From the NCBI GenBank assembly GCA_049642465.1, contig JBAROV010000050.1:6857-70856 (forward strand): DNA of 64,000 nt, read 5' to 3'. The position numbers and the translations under genes are program-made. Source of the DNA: Vicinamibacterales bacterium (lineage in GTDB: Bacteria > Acidobacteriota > Vicinamibacteria > Vicinamibacterales > 2-12-FULL-66-21). Below are positions 46,137 to 53,394 of this stretch, in pieces. Each line of letters starts with the position of its first letter. Positions within the stretch are counted from its first letter, which is position 1. The notes under the pieces are model-generated. The model saw only the letters and a program-made list of their open reading frames with translations, did no database searches and had not been told where the DNA came from.

Positions 46137-46889
46137 TCAGGCTTGAGCTGTTTTGCTGAACCCAGTCTTCTCACAATGATCGAAGAACTCGATCGCGTGA
46201 AAGTATTTCGACTCGGCGCCGGCCGGTACTGGCTGTGTGCCGAGAACGCCGAGGAGAGTGGCCCGAGCGCGCACGGCGTCCTTCTGGTGGGTGAGATAGA
46301 GCGTCTTGGGCCAGTTGACGGCCTTCAGGTGCATCCTGCTCTTGTCTTTAAGGGGAACGTTGTAATCGAGCAGGACGTGATCGAGCGCCTCGGGTTTTTC
46401 GCACAGCAGGGATCGTACAAAGACTGTGGCCTGGGGTGTGGTGTGGATCCCGATCCAATCGGCGCGCGTATACCAAGCCGCAGCGTCGCTGATCGCTGGC
46501 CCCATGACGGTGTTTGTTTGTTCATCCGCTCTGTAGAGTTCGCCGATTGCAAGCGCACCGCGAAAGAAGATGCGCTGCCTCAAGAAGTACGCCTCGACTG
46601 TCCGTAAGAGCCCGCAGAAGCCGTTGATGTCGTCGGTATTCAAAGGCTCGCGACGCACGTACGTCAGTACTACGGTATCGCTAAAGATAAATCGCATGAG
46701 GCCGCTTTTGTCGATCCGGAAACTGGCGGTGGTAGCGGTTTCGTTCAGCAGCTTCATCACCTGATCGCGCGCCTGGAGGAATCGATCTGCCTCTTCACGC
46801 GAGTAGACGGCTGCGCCTAGTGCGTCGAGAACCGCTACCACACCCTGAACGGGCTCGGCGGGGGAACCGACCGACGTGTTGGCGGGCAT
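46137..46889 (-). CDS. class III nucleotidyl-cyclase-fold (palm) protein
   Basis: VVAVLDALGAAVYS ... RFIFSDTVVLTY ... FFRGALAIGELY...VMGPAISDAAAWYTRADWIGIHTTP follows the metal-Asp / second-Asp / RxGxxxG...G..vn.Aar order of cyclase homology domains. Confidence 0.55.
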   Translation of the reverse strand: MPANTSVGSPAEPVQGVVAVLDALGAAVYSREEADRFLQARDQVMKLLNETATTASFRIDKSGLMRFIFSDTVVLTYVRREPLNTDDINGFCGLLRTVEAYFLRQRIFFRGALAIGELYRADEQTNTVMGPAISDAAAWYTRADWIGIHTTPQATVFVRSLLCEKPEALDHVLLDYNVPLKDKSRMHLKAVNWPKTLYLTHQKDAVRARATLLGVLGTQPVPAGAESKYFHAIEFFDHCEKTGFSKTAQA

Positions 46890-47048
46890 GCGCCAGCATT
46901 TTACAGTGCGGTTTGGATCCTGAGACCATCGCCCTCTCGGCCGCTTAAAACCTAACGGCCAATGCCTGCACCCCTGCAAACTTGCAGGGATCAAATTTTC
47001 ACCCCTGCAACTCGCGCACGCGAACGGTTGCTCGATTACGATGCGGGC

Positions 47049-47600
47049 ATGCCGGAAGTCACACTCACGCGCAAGGAACTCTACACGCTCGTCTGGTCGG
47101 AGTCGCTATTCAAACTCTCGAAGCGCTTCGACCTATCCGACGTCGGCCTGCGAAAGCTCTGCGAACGGCACCGCGTGCCCGTACCGTGGCGGGGTTATTG
47201 GGCGCAGAAGGCCGCTAGCCAGCGTGTCTTTCCTGCGCCACTCATTGACGCTCCAGGATTGCGCGATCAGAAGATCGTTCTTCAAGAACGTCAACCGAAC
47301 GCTGCCGCCGCCGAATCGGCACCGTTGCCGCCGGAGATCGCCTTTGAGCGCGATCCTGCGAACCTCATCGTCGTAGAAGGCCAGAAGCCGATTGCTCACC
47401 CGCTCGTTCGCCGGAGAGCCGAAGAATTCCGCCGGAGCGACGCGGCTTCAGATCGCGACGTGTTCTACAAAGGGCGGCGGTGCATCAGCATTGGTGTGTC
47501 GCGCTGCCTACGTTCGCGTGCACTCCGAATCTTTGAGGCCCTCATATATGCCCTCGAAGCTCGCGGCTATGCCATTGCTGTGAACGACGCACGCGCGTGA
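47049..47600 (+). CDS. conserved-hypothetical N-terminal half
   Basis: ELYTLVWSESLFKLSKRFDLSDVGLRKLCERHRVPVPWRGYWAQK is an N-terminal module I have seen in island-borne hypotheticals. Confidence 0.5.
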   Translation: MPEVTLTRKELYTLVWSESLFKLSKRFDLSDVGLRKLCERHRVPVPWRGYWAQKAASQRVFPAPLIDAPGLRDQKIVLQERQPNAAAAESAPLPPEIAFERDPANLIVVEGQKPIAHPLVRRRAEEFRRSDAASDRDVFYKGRRCISIGVSRCLRSRALRIFEALIYALEARGYAIAVNDARA

Positions 47601-48436
47601 CCGTCCTTGGTCAGGCGGTCAAAATTCATTTGGGAGAGCTAGCCCGTCGCGTACCTGCTGAGCCCAAAAAGTACAGCACCAGACGTTACAAGACTGAGCT
47701 GACAGGTCGGCTCGGCCTCTTTGTCGACTCTTGGAGCGGGTTGCGTCCCGCCGCAACCGACGGGAAGGCGCAGCGACTAGAAACCCGCCTGAATCATTTC
47801 ATTGAATCGATCGTACGCCGTGCGCTGGTGCTCAACGCGAGGGACGCTGAACTGGCGCGCCGGCATGACCTGAGGCAGCAAGAGGCAAAGCGCCGCACCG
47901 ACGCGAACAACCGGACCTACATCGAGGCGGGCCGCCACGATCACTTTGACAAGCTGGTCGACTATTGGGTTCGTGCGCGAGAGCGGAGGGCGTTCCTGGC
48001 ACGGCTTCGTGAGGTCGCGGGCGAGGTGACGCCGGAATCCGAAATCGGCTGCTGGCTTGCGTGGGCCGAAGGCTTCGCTCGTGCCCCCGATCCACTCGCT
48101 CGTTTCTCCGAACGTGGCAAGACTCTGAAGGTTTATTACTACGATCCAGGGTTTGGGTTGGTCGCCAAGCGCATCGAGGGTTTTACCGACCCTCATCCAA
48201 CACCGGATCAGAAACGCGGTGCACTGATCGGCATCACGCTGACCAGTGCGCCCCCGGACAACTTCGAACACGCGATCGAGTTTGAACTTGCCCTGGATGA
48301 CATATTGCCGTACGAGACTACAGAACCGGGTTGGGTTCCACGTCTGTTTGTGGTGCCAGCGCGCGTACTGAACGCTGCGCTCGTGATCGGTTCGACGAAG
48401 TCAGATGCCGGCGGTGCTGCTGTAGTTGGAGCCTGA
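47597..48436 (+). CDS. conserved-hypothetical C-terminal half (GTGA overlap with previous ORF; possibly one frameshifted gene)
   Basis: GTG 47597 overlaps TGA 47598-47600. The sequence continues seamlessly (TVLGQAVKIHLGE). Confidence 0.5.
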   Translation: MTVLGQAVKIHLGELARRVPAEPKKYSTRRYKTELTGRLGLFVDSWSGLRPAATDGKAQRLETRLNHFIESIVRRALVLNARDAELARRHDLRQQEAKRRTDANNRTYIEAGRHDHFDKLVDYWVRARERRAFLARLREVAGEVTPESEIGCWLAWAEGFARAPDPLARFSERGKTLKVYYYDPGFGLVAKRIEGFTDPHPTPDQKRGALIGITLTSAPPDNFEHAIEFELALDDILPYETTEPGWVPRLFVVPARVLNAALVIGSTKSDAGGAAVVGA

Positions 48437-48978
48437 CTGCGTGATCATGCACGCGCAGTGATAGCAAGAACTGTATCAGGCTTGAGAAATTTTCATATAG
48501 CTGGGAGAAACCCCACACGACCGGGCGCTAAAGGTCGGGGGATCCGTAAAAGGGCGAACCGGGGGGGGTACGTGCGGACGGCAGGATCCCTGCGGCCGCG
48601 CGGATTGCCCGCGAAACGTGCGAGGAGCGGTTAGGAGCTGCGCGGAGCTGAGGGGCTGGCCGAGGTGAGGTAGGGAAAAGAAGAGGGCAGCATTGTCAGC
48701 CTGCCCCTGTCTGGCGGGAACGTCGCGCGCGTGCGCGCGTTACGTTGTTGCTGCCGGGATACGCTGCCGTGACGCGAATGAGAGCAGGATGCTGCGGGAC
48801 TCAGTTCGATTGATAGTAACCAGGCGCGCACCGGAGGCGTGCACGCGGACAACGCGGGTGTGCTGGCGAGGCGTCGGCCGGTTGCGGTTGATCATCGGAA
48901 CGTCCTTTCTGACTTGTTTGGCATGGAAGAGGGTGCCGGGGGAACGTGTGTGCGGCGCTCCCCCGGCTGTAGGCGGGT

Positions 48979-49178
48979 TTACCGGGAGCGAGTCGGGATC
49001 GGGAGGTATCCGAGCGCGGTCAGCTCCGCGCGAAGCGGAGTCAGCAGAAACGATGCCGGGAGTTTCGAGACGATCGACGCGGTCAACGCGAGCGTGCTAT
49101 CGGCGCGCAGGAACGCGCGCGCAGCAACGGACTCGGGAACCGGAACGGAGAGGTTGAACGCCCATCGCGGAGTTGCCA
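48979..49178 (-). CDS. 66-aa ORF driven by island promoter P1
   Basis: ATG 49178 lies about 80 nt downstream of TTGACA-N17-TATATT. A GC-rich stem-loop follows the stop. A further 51-codon ORF (48740-48895, minus) follows with AAAGGA upstream. Confidence 0.3.
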
Positions 49179-49267
49179 TTGTCAGCCTGCCTTTCGTGTG
49201 GGTTGAGTGTGTTGGGACGTGTGAACATTGGGTGCGTGTATTGCCGACGGCAATATTTGCTGATGGC

Positions 49268-49296
49268 AATATAGGTCCGTGCGTCCGTTGTGTCAA
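49268..49296 (-). promoter_or_regulatory. island promoter P1: TTGACA-N17-TATATT
   Basis: Minus strand has TTGACA (49296-49291), a 17-nt spacer and TATATT (49273-49268). Flanked by three 13-bp palindromes TTGC[C/T]GA[C/T]GGCAA at 49241-53, 49257-69 and 49307-19. Confidence 0.6.
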
Positions 49297-49658
49297 GCGG
49301 AAAGCATTGCTGACGGCAAACTATATTTTTGCCGCAGGAGTCTCAATCAGTAGGTATCTGGCGTCTCATTTGCAGGGTTCTTCTGGTTTGGCAGTCGCAT
49401 CCTTCAACAGTCCGGACGATGGGCGTAGCGGTCAACGGTCGCGGCCGAATGCGGCGGACGTGTGTCCGCGCTCAGTCGCCGGAGTCTGCTCGGCCCCTCG
49501 CGAGCAGGAACGCAGGCGGGGGACCGGGACCGGGATTACGGTGTTCAGGTGCGACTCGCGGCCAGTGCGCGCAACGGTTCAACTCGTTTGCGCGAGCACG
49601 AAGGATCCCCGGCCGGCGGGGCGGGCGGTCGCGAACGGTGTCGAGCAGAAGAGGAAAC

Positions 49659-50078
49659 GTGCGTAGGGCTGCGCTCGCTGCGTTGCTCGCACTGATGGTC
49701 GCCTGTGGCGGATCGCCCACGCGGCCAACGCAATCGGGACCGCCGCCGGGCGCTCCGCGTGCGCGCCTCGTTGCCGTACCGGATCAGCAGCTCGCGTTCC
49801 CTGATTGGCCGTGTCCTACCGGCGAGTGCCGCTACGGCTTTGACTTCCGCAATGAGGGGCCGGACTGCGCGACGAGGATTGCCGGCACGCTGAAGGTATT
49901 CAACGCGGACCAGACGACACAACTTGCGATGGATGAGTGGACGATCGATCCGACGAAACGTGTGCAGCCGCAGGAGACGGTGCGCGTGGAGGACGGGCCG
50001 CTGCCGTTCAGTGTCCTATCAGGCTTGGATGGGCGCTTTACGGTGGCGTTCGAGTTTGACGCCGTGCGGTGCTTGTAA
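49659..50078 (+). CDS. small lipoprotein
   Basis: GTG 49659 follows AGAGGA. VRRAALAALLALMVACGG carries a lipobox. Confidence 0.5.
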   Translation: MRRAALAALLALMVACGGSPTRPTQSGPPPGAPRARLVAVPDQQLAFPDWPCPTGECRYGFDFRNEGPDCATRIAGTLKVFNADQTTQLAMDEWTIDPTKRVQPQETVRVEDGPLPFSVLSGLDGRFTVAFEFDAVRCL

Positions 50079-50201
50079 GCTATCCGTCACCAGCCCGGAT
50101 CACAATTCTCTCCGCGCGGCTGGCACACCTCGTGCTGGGTAGCCCCTAAACGCACGGACGCAACCGTACAGCGCCCGCGCCGAACCCGGAAGGATCGAGG
50201 A

Positions 50202-50444
50202 ATGACACCAGACCACACATCTGCGGCGGCGGCGGAGCCCGCGCGCGTGCCGTCGCCTTGGCTCACGGTGGCCGCGGCAGCCGACTACGCGGCCGTTTCG
50301 ACTGACACCATTTACTTCGCGTGCGGGCGCGGCGAGCTGCGGCACGTGCGCGTGGGAGGCCGGCGGAGCATTCGGCTGCGGGCGGAGTGGATCGACGCGT
50401 GGCTGGAGCGTGGAGCGAACAGGGAAGCGAAGCGTCTGCAGTGA
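50202..50444 (+). CDS. xis: excisionase-family (MerR-like HTH) DNA-binding protein
   Basis: LTVAAAADYAAVSTDTIYFACGRGELRHVRVGGRRSIRLRAEWIDAWL. Confidence 0.7.
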   Translation: MTPDHTSAAAAEPARVPSPWLTVAAAADYAAVSTDTIYFACGRGELRHVRVGGRRSIRLRAEWIDAWLERGANREAKRLQ

Positions 50445-50475
50445 GCAACGCCCCCACGAAACGTCTGAGCGGCCG

Positions 50476-50504
50476 TTGACAACCGTGGCCGTGGATCCTA
50501 TATT
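50476..50504 (+). promoter_or_regulatory. island promoter P2: TTGACA-N17-TATATT
   Basis: TTGACA 50476-81, 17-nt spacer, TATATT 50499-504. Followed by TATATTGCCGTCGG TATATTGCCGTAAGG, which shares TATATTGCC with P1. Confidence 0.6.
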
Positions 50505-50543
50505 GCCGTCGGTATATTGCCGTAAGGTGGGTAAACGCGCCGC

Positions 50544-50780
50544 ATGAGAACGAAACGCCCGAAGGGCCAGCGACCGGAGTTGGCGACAGCGGCCGAAGCG
50601 TGGAAGCGCCGCCGGACGAACCTCGGACTGACGCAGGCCGAGTTGGCCGAACTCCTCGGGGTCAAATGGAACACGGTGGCGCGCTACGAGACGGCGCAGC
50701 ACGAGATCCCTGAGATGGCGATCAGGTTGTTGGGTTATATCGAGCGGGACGCGCGCGAGAAGCGCCGGAAGGAGCGGTAA
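50544..50780 (+). CDS. XRE-family HTH regulator
   Basis: LGLTQAELAELLGVKWNTVARYETAQHEIP. Confidence 0.7.
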   Translation: MRTKRPKGQRPELATAAEAWKRRRTNLGLTQAELAELLGVKWNTVARYETAQHEIPEMAIRLLGYIERDAREKRRKER

Positions 50781-51015
50781 GGGTACGGGCCTGCACAAGC
50801 GCTGCGAGCACAAGGCCCGCGCGCGCGATCGCTGCGCGCACCCGTGGCACGGGTCGTTCCAGCACCGCGGCACGCTGCACCGGGTCAGCCTCGGCAAGTG
50901 GGCCAATGAGGACATCACGTCCAAGGCCCAGGCGCAGGCGATTTATGAGCGGTTTCGGGCCGCCGTCCGCGCCGGGCGTTTCACGCGGGAGCGGGAGGAG
51001 CCGGCGGCTGCTGGG

Positions 51016-52167
51016 ATGACCTTCAATGCACTCGCGGATCTCTACGTCGAGCGGTACATCGAACCCAACCGGCTCAGTTCGGCGGACACGATCGGGAGTC
51101 GGCTAGCGCCGCTACGAGCACACTTCGGCACGCGACCGATCGCCGACATTCGCACAGCAGACGTGGAGGATTTCATCGCGACGTTGAAGGCGCCTGCGCT
51201 GCTGGCTCCGCACCATAAGACGCCGCGCATTCGACGACCGGCAACGATCAACCGATACCTGTCGCTGCTGCGGCATATGTTCAATTGGGCGGTGGGACGG
51301 GAGTACCTGGAGCGCACCCCGTTCCGGCGCGGCAACGCGACGCTCATCAGGCAGGAGCCGGAGGACAACCGCCGGCACCGCCGCATCCGTCCCGAGGAAG
51401 AGCGCGCCCTGATCGACGCGTCGGCGCCGCACCTGAAGCTGTTGATCATCACGGCCCTCGATACGGGCATGCGACGCGGCGAAATGCTCGCCCTGACGTG
51501 GAGCGACATTGACGCGCGACCCGGCTGGATTCGGCTGAGAGGGGAGACGACGAAGTCGGGGAAAACCCGGTGGGTGCCGATCTCGACGGTGCGCCTGCAG
51601 GCGGTGCTTAACTTCCTACGGCTGGACGCCGCCGGAAAGCGGAAGCCTGGGAATGCGCCAGTGTTCAGTAACGCCGCCGGGGAGCCGATCCGGTACTACC
51701 AGACCGCCTTCCGCGCGGCCGTGCTGCGAGCGCACGGCGTCGAGCCTAGGCGCGCCGGAGAGAAGGGTGCGCGGCGCGTCGGCCGGCTCCGTGAGGACTG
51801 CCGGGAAGCGCTGCGGCGGATCGACCTCCGCTGGCACGATCTTCGGCACGAGTACGCTTCGCGGCTAGCCGAGCGCGGCACCCCGCTGTCGCAGATCCGC
51901 GACCTCCTCGGGCACCACTCGATCGTGACGACGGAGCGGTATGACACGCAGACCTCCGAGGCGCTGATGACGGCTGTAAAGCGCCTCGACACTGGCGAAA
52001 CCTTCACACCGCCTTCACAAAACGCCAACGAGGACCTAGCAACGGTCGCCGTGCACACCAATGAGACGAGCTGCAACTTGTCGGAGGAGAGTGAGTTGGG
52101 GAGTGGGGTGGATGACGGGGTTCGAACCCGCGACTTCCGGAGCCACAGTCCGGCGCTCTACCGCTGA
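51016..52167 (+). CDS. int: tyrosine recombinase / phage integrase (an in-frame N-terminal arm-binding-like region extends upstream to ~50770 without a canonical start)
   Basis: TGMRRGEMLALTW, WHDLRHEYASRL and LLGHHSIVTTERY. The 3' end reads through attR/tRNA-His. Confidence 0.85.
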   Translation: MTFNALADLYVERYIEPNRLSSADTIGSRLAPLRAHFGTRPIADIRTADVEDFIATLKAPALLAPHHKTPRIRRPATINRYLSLLRHMFNWAVGREYLERTPFRRGNATLIRQEPEDNRRHRRIRPEEERALIDASAPHLKLLIITALDTGMRRGEMLALTWSDIDARPGWIRLRGETTKSGKTRWVPISTVRLQAVLNFLRLDAAGKRKPGNAPVFSNAAGEPIRYYQTAFRAAVLRAHGVEPRRAGEKGARRVGRLREDCREALRRIDLRWHDLRHEYASRLAERGTPLSQIRDLLGHHSIVTTERYDTQTSEALMTAVKRLDTGETFTPPSQNANEDLATVAVHTNETSCNLSEESELGSGVDDGVRTRDFRSHSPALYR

Positions 52168-52179
52168 GCTACACCCACC
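52104..52179 (-). tRNA. tRNA-His (anticodon GTG) with G-1 and encoded CCA; its 3' 47 nt form attR
   Basis: Minus strand GGTGGGTGTAGCTCAGCGGTAGAGCGCCGGACTGTGGCTCCGGAAGTCGCGGGTTCGAACCCCGTCATCCACCCCA. Anticodon loop is CTGTGGC. Confidence 0.9.
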
Positions 52180-52194
52180 ATTGAATTCGGTTCT

Positions 52195-52270
52195 GTCGCT
52201 TGTCAGTCGCTAGTCGCTGGTCGCTAGTCCACGTCTGACGCGTATCAGTCGGTGGTCGCTGGTCAGCGAC
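52195..52270. repeat. GTCGCTR heptad array plus GTCGCTG-GT-CAGCGAC palindrome
   Basis: GTCGCTT GTCA GTCGCTA GTCGCTG GTCGCTA GTCC ... GTCGGTG GTCGCTG GT CAGCGAC. Confidence 0.85.
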
Positions 52271-52304
52271 TGACCGAAACAATGATTGTACCAAAAAGGG
52301 AGAC

Positions 52305-53288
52305 TTAGAGGGCTTCGCGGGTCTGACGTTCGCGGCGCTGCTGGCGGCCTTCCATGTCTTTGAACGCGTCGGGGATTTCCACCAGTTCTCCTCGATCGAT
52401 CCGGACGGCCGTGGCATACACGTGGTCGGCGCGAGTGCCTTTGGCGTCGTACATCAACGTATCCGCACGATGGATTAGTTCCGCGGCGAGCTTGCGCGCG
52501 ACGCCGCGCCGCTCGATCACACTTCCGAGTCTCAGGCACACGACGCCAACATCGACCTGGACCGGTCTCGAGGAGAGACGGCGATCATCGCGCGTCCAGT
52601 CGTGCGCCTGCACCGAATCCTTGAAGCGGTCGGCAATTTCGAACGCTTCCGCGCAGCCAGGGAGATCCGGGATCAGGAAGCAGAACTCGTCGCCGCCAAA
52701 TCGTGCGTGCAGATCTCTCGCCTCGCCGCCGCGTTCGAGCGCCAGGAAGTCCTCCGATCGAATCTGATCGGAGAGAATCCGCGCCACGCGCTCAATGATC
52801 CGGTCGCCGGTGGCGTGCCCGAACGTGTCGTTGTACCACTTGAAACTGGTGATATCCACCACGCCGATGCCGCACCACCGGACTCGCTGTTCGACGGCCA
52901 GAAACGACTCCAGGCGCTCCATGAACCAGTCGAAATTCAGCAGTTTGGTTTTTGGATCGTGATGCGACTTTTCGGTGAGGTCCGCGACAACCTCCTCGAA
53001 GTACCGGGCGATGTTGCTGACGGTGACGTCTTTTTCCGTCATCTGCCGCTGCAGCCGCTCCATCTTGGCGGCAAACCCCTCCGAAAGCGCCCGAATGGCG
53101 TCGTGCTTGGACTCTTCGAGGAGCTGGCGTTGACGTGCCATGACGTGCTCGATCGCCTGAAGGAGCTGGTGCGCGCGCGCCTCGTCGAGGCCGAATCGCA
53201 TTCGGACCCACTCTCTCAGGTCCGCCGTGCTCCGGGGGAGGTCGGGAGTCCTCGAATCGTCGTTGGGGTCCAGCTGAACCGTGGCCAT
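52305..53288 (-). CDS. GGDEF-domain diguanylate cyclase with coiled-coil N-terminus
   Basis: DITSFKWYNDTFGHATGD and RFGGDEFCFLI. Confidence 0.85.
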   Translation of the reverse strand: MATVQLDPNDDSRTPDLPRSTADLREWVRMRFGLDEARAHQLLQAIEHVMARQRQLLEESKHDAIRALSEGFAAKMERLQRQMTEKDVTVSNIARYFEEVVADLTEKSHHDPKTKLLNFDWFMERLESFLAVEQRVRWCGIGVVDITSFKWYNDTFGHATGDRIIERVARILSDQIRSEDFLALERGGEARDLHARFGGDEFCFLIPDLPGCAEAFEIADRFKDSVQAHDWTRDDRRLSSRPVQVDVGVVCLRLGSVIERRGVARKLAAELIHRADTLMYDAKGTRADHVYATAVRIDRGELVEIPDAFKDMEGRQQRRERQTREAL

Positions 53289-53394
53289 GATGCGAGAAAT
53301 ATGCGTATCAATCGCTGTGCCGTAATCGCGAGACGCGGCTTCCGCGGGAACTTCGGCTCAATTCGTCAGGAAATCGCCGTCTCTGGAACGGCGG

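Larger units (their letters stand above)
31424..52150. mobile_element. tRNA-His-integrated genomic island / satellite-like prophage remnant (~20.7 kb)
   Basis: 47-bp direct repeats. A tyrosine integrase, excisionase and HTH gene abut the intact tRNA. HTH regulators, a P-loop replication-like gene and tail-fibre-like genes lie inside. Confidence 0.85.

Noticed and set aside
46137-46889. Calling the cyclase-fold gene a Pycsar (PycC) system.
   Set aside because: No adjacent gene has a cyclic-nucleotide-binding domain fused to a TM or TIR effector. The only neighbour with an effector-like motif is a small HEPN-like protein on the opposite strand. A named-system call is not supported.
48686-49190. 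15-bp identity GGCAGGCTGACAATG (minus strand) at about 48694 and about 49178, each ending in ATG.
   Set aside because: By my rough estimate, a few 15-mer matches are expected by chance in 64 kb of biased composition. The second copy precedes only a 20-codon ORF. Noted under the P1 operon but not treated as a repeat family.
50100-50924. 274-aa minus-strand ORF spanning the xis/HTH/integrase N-terminal region.
   Set aside because: It is antisense to three motif-supported plus-strand genes and its translation has no recognisable features.
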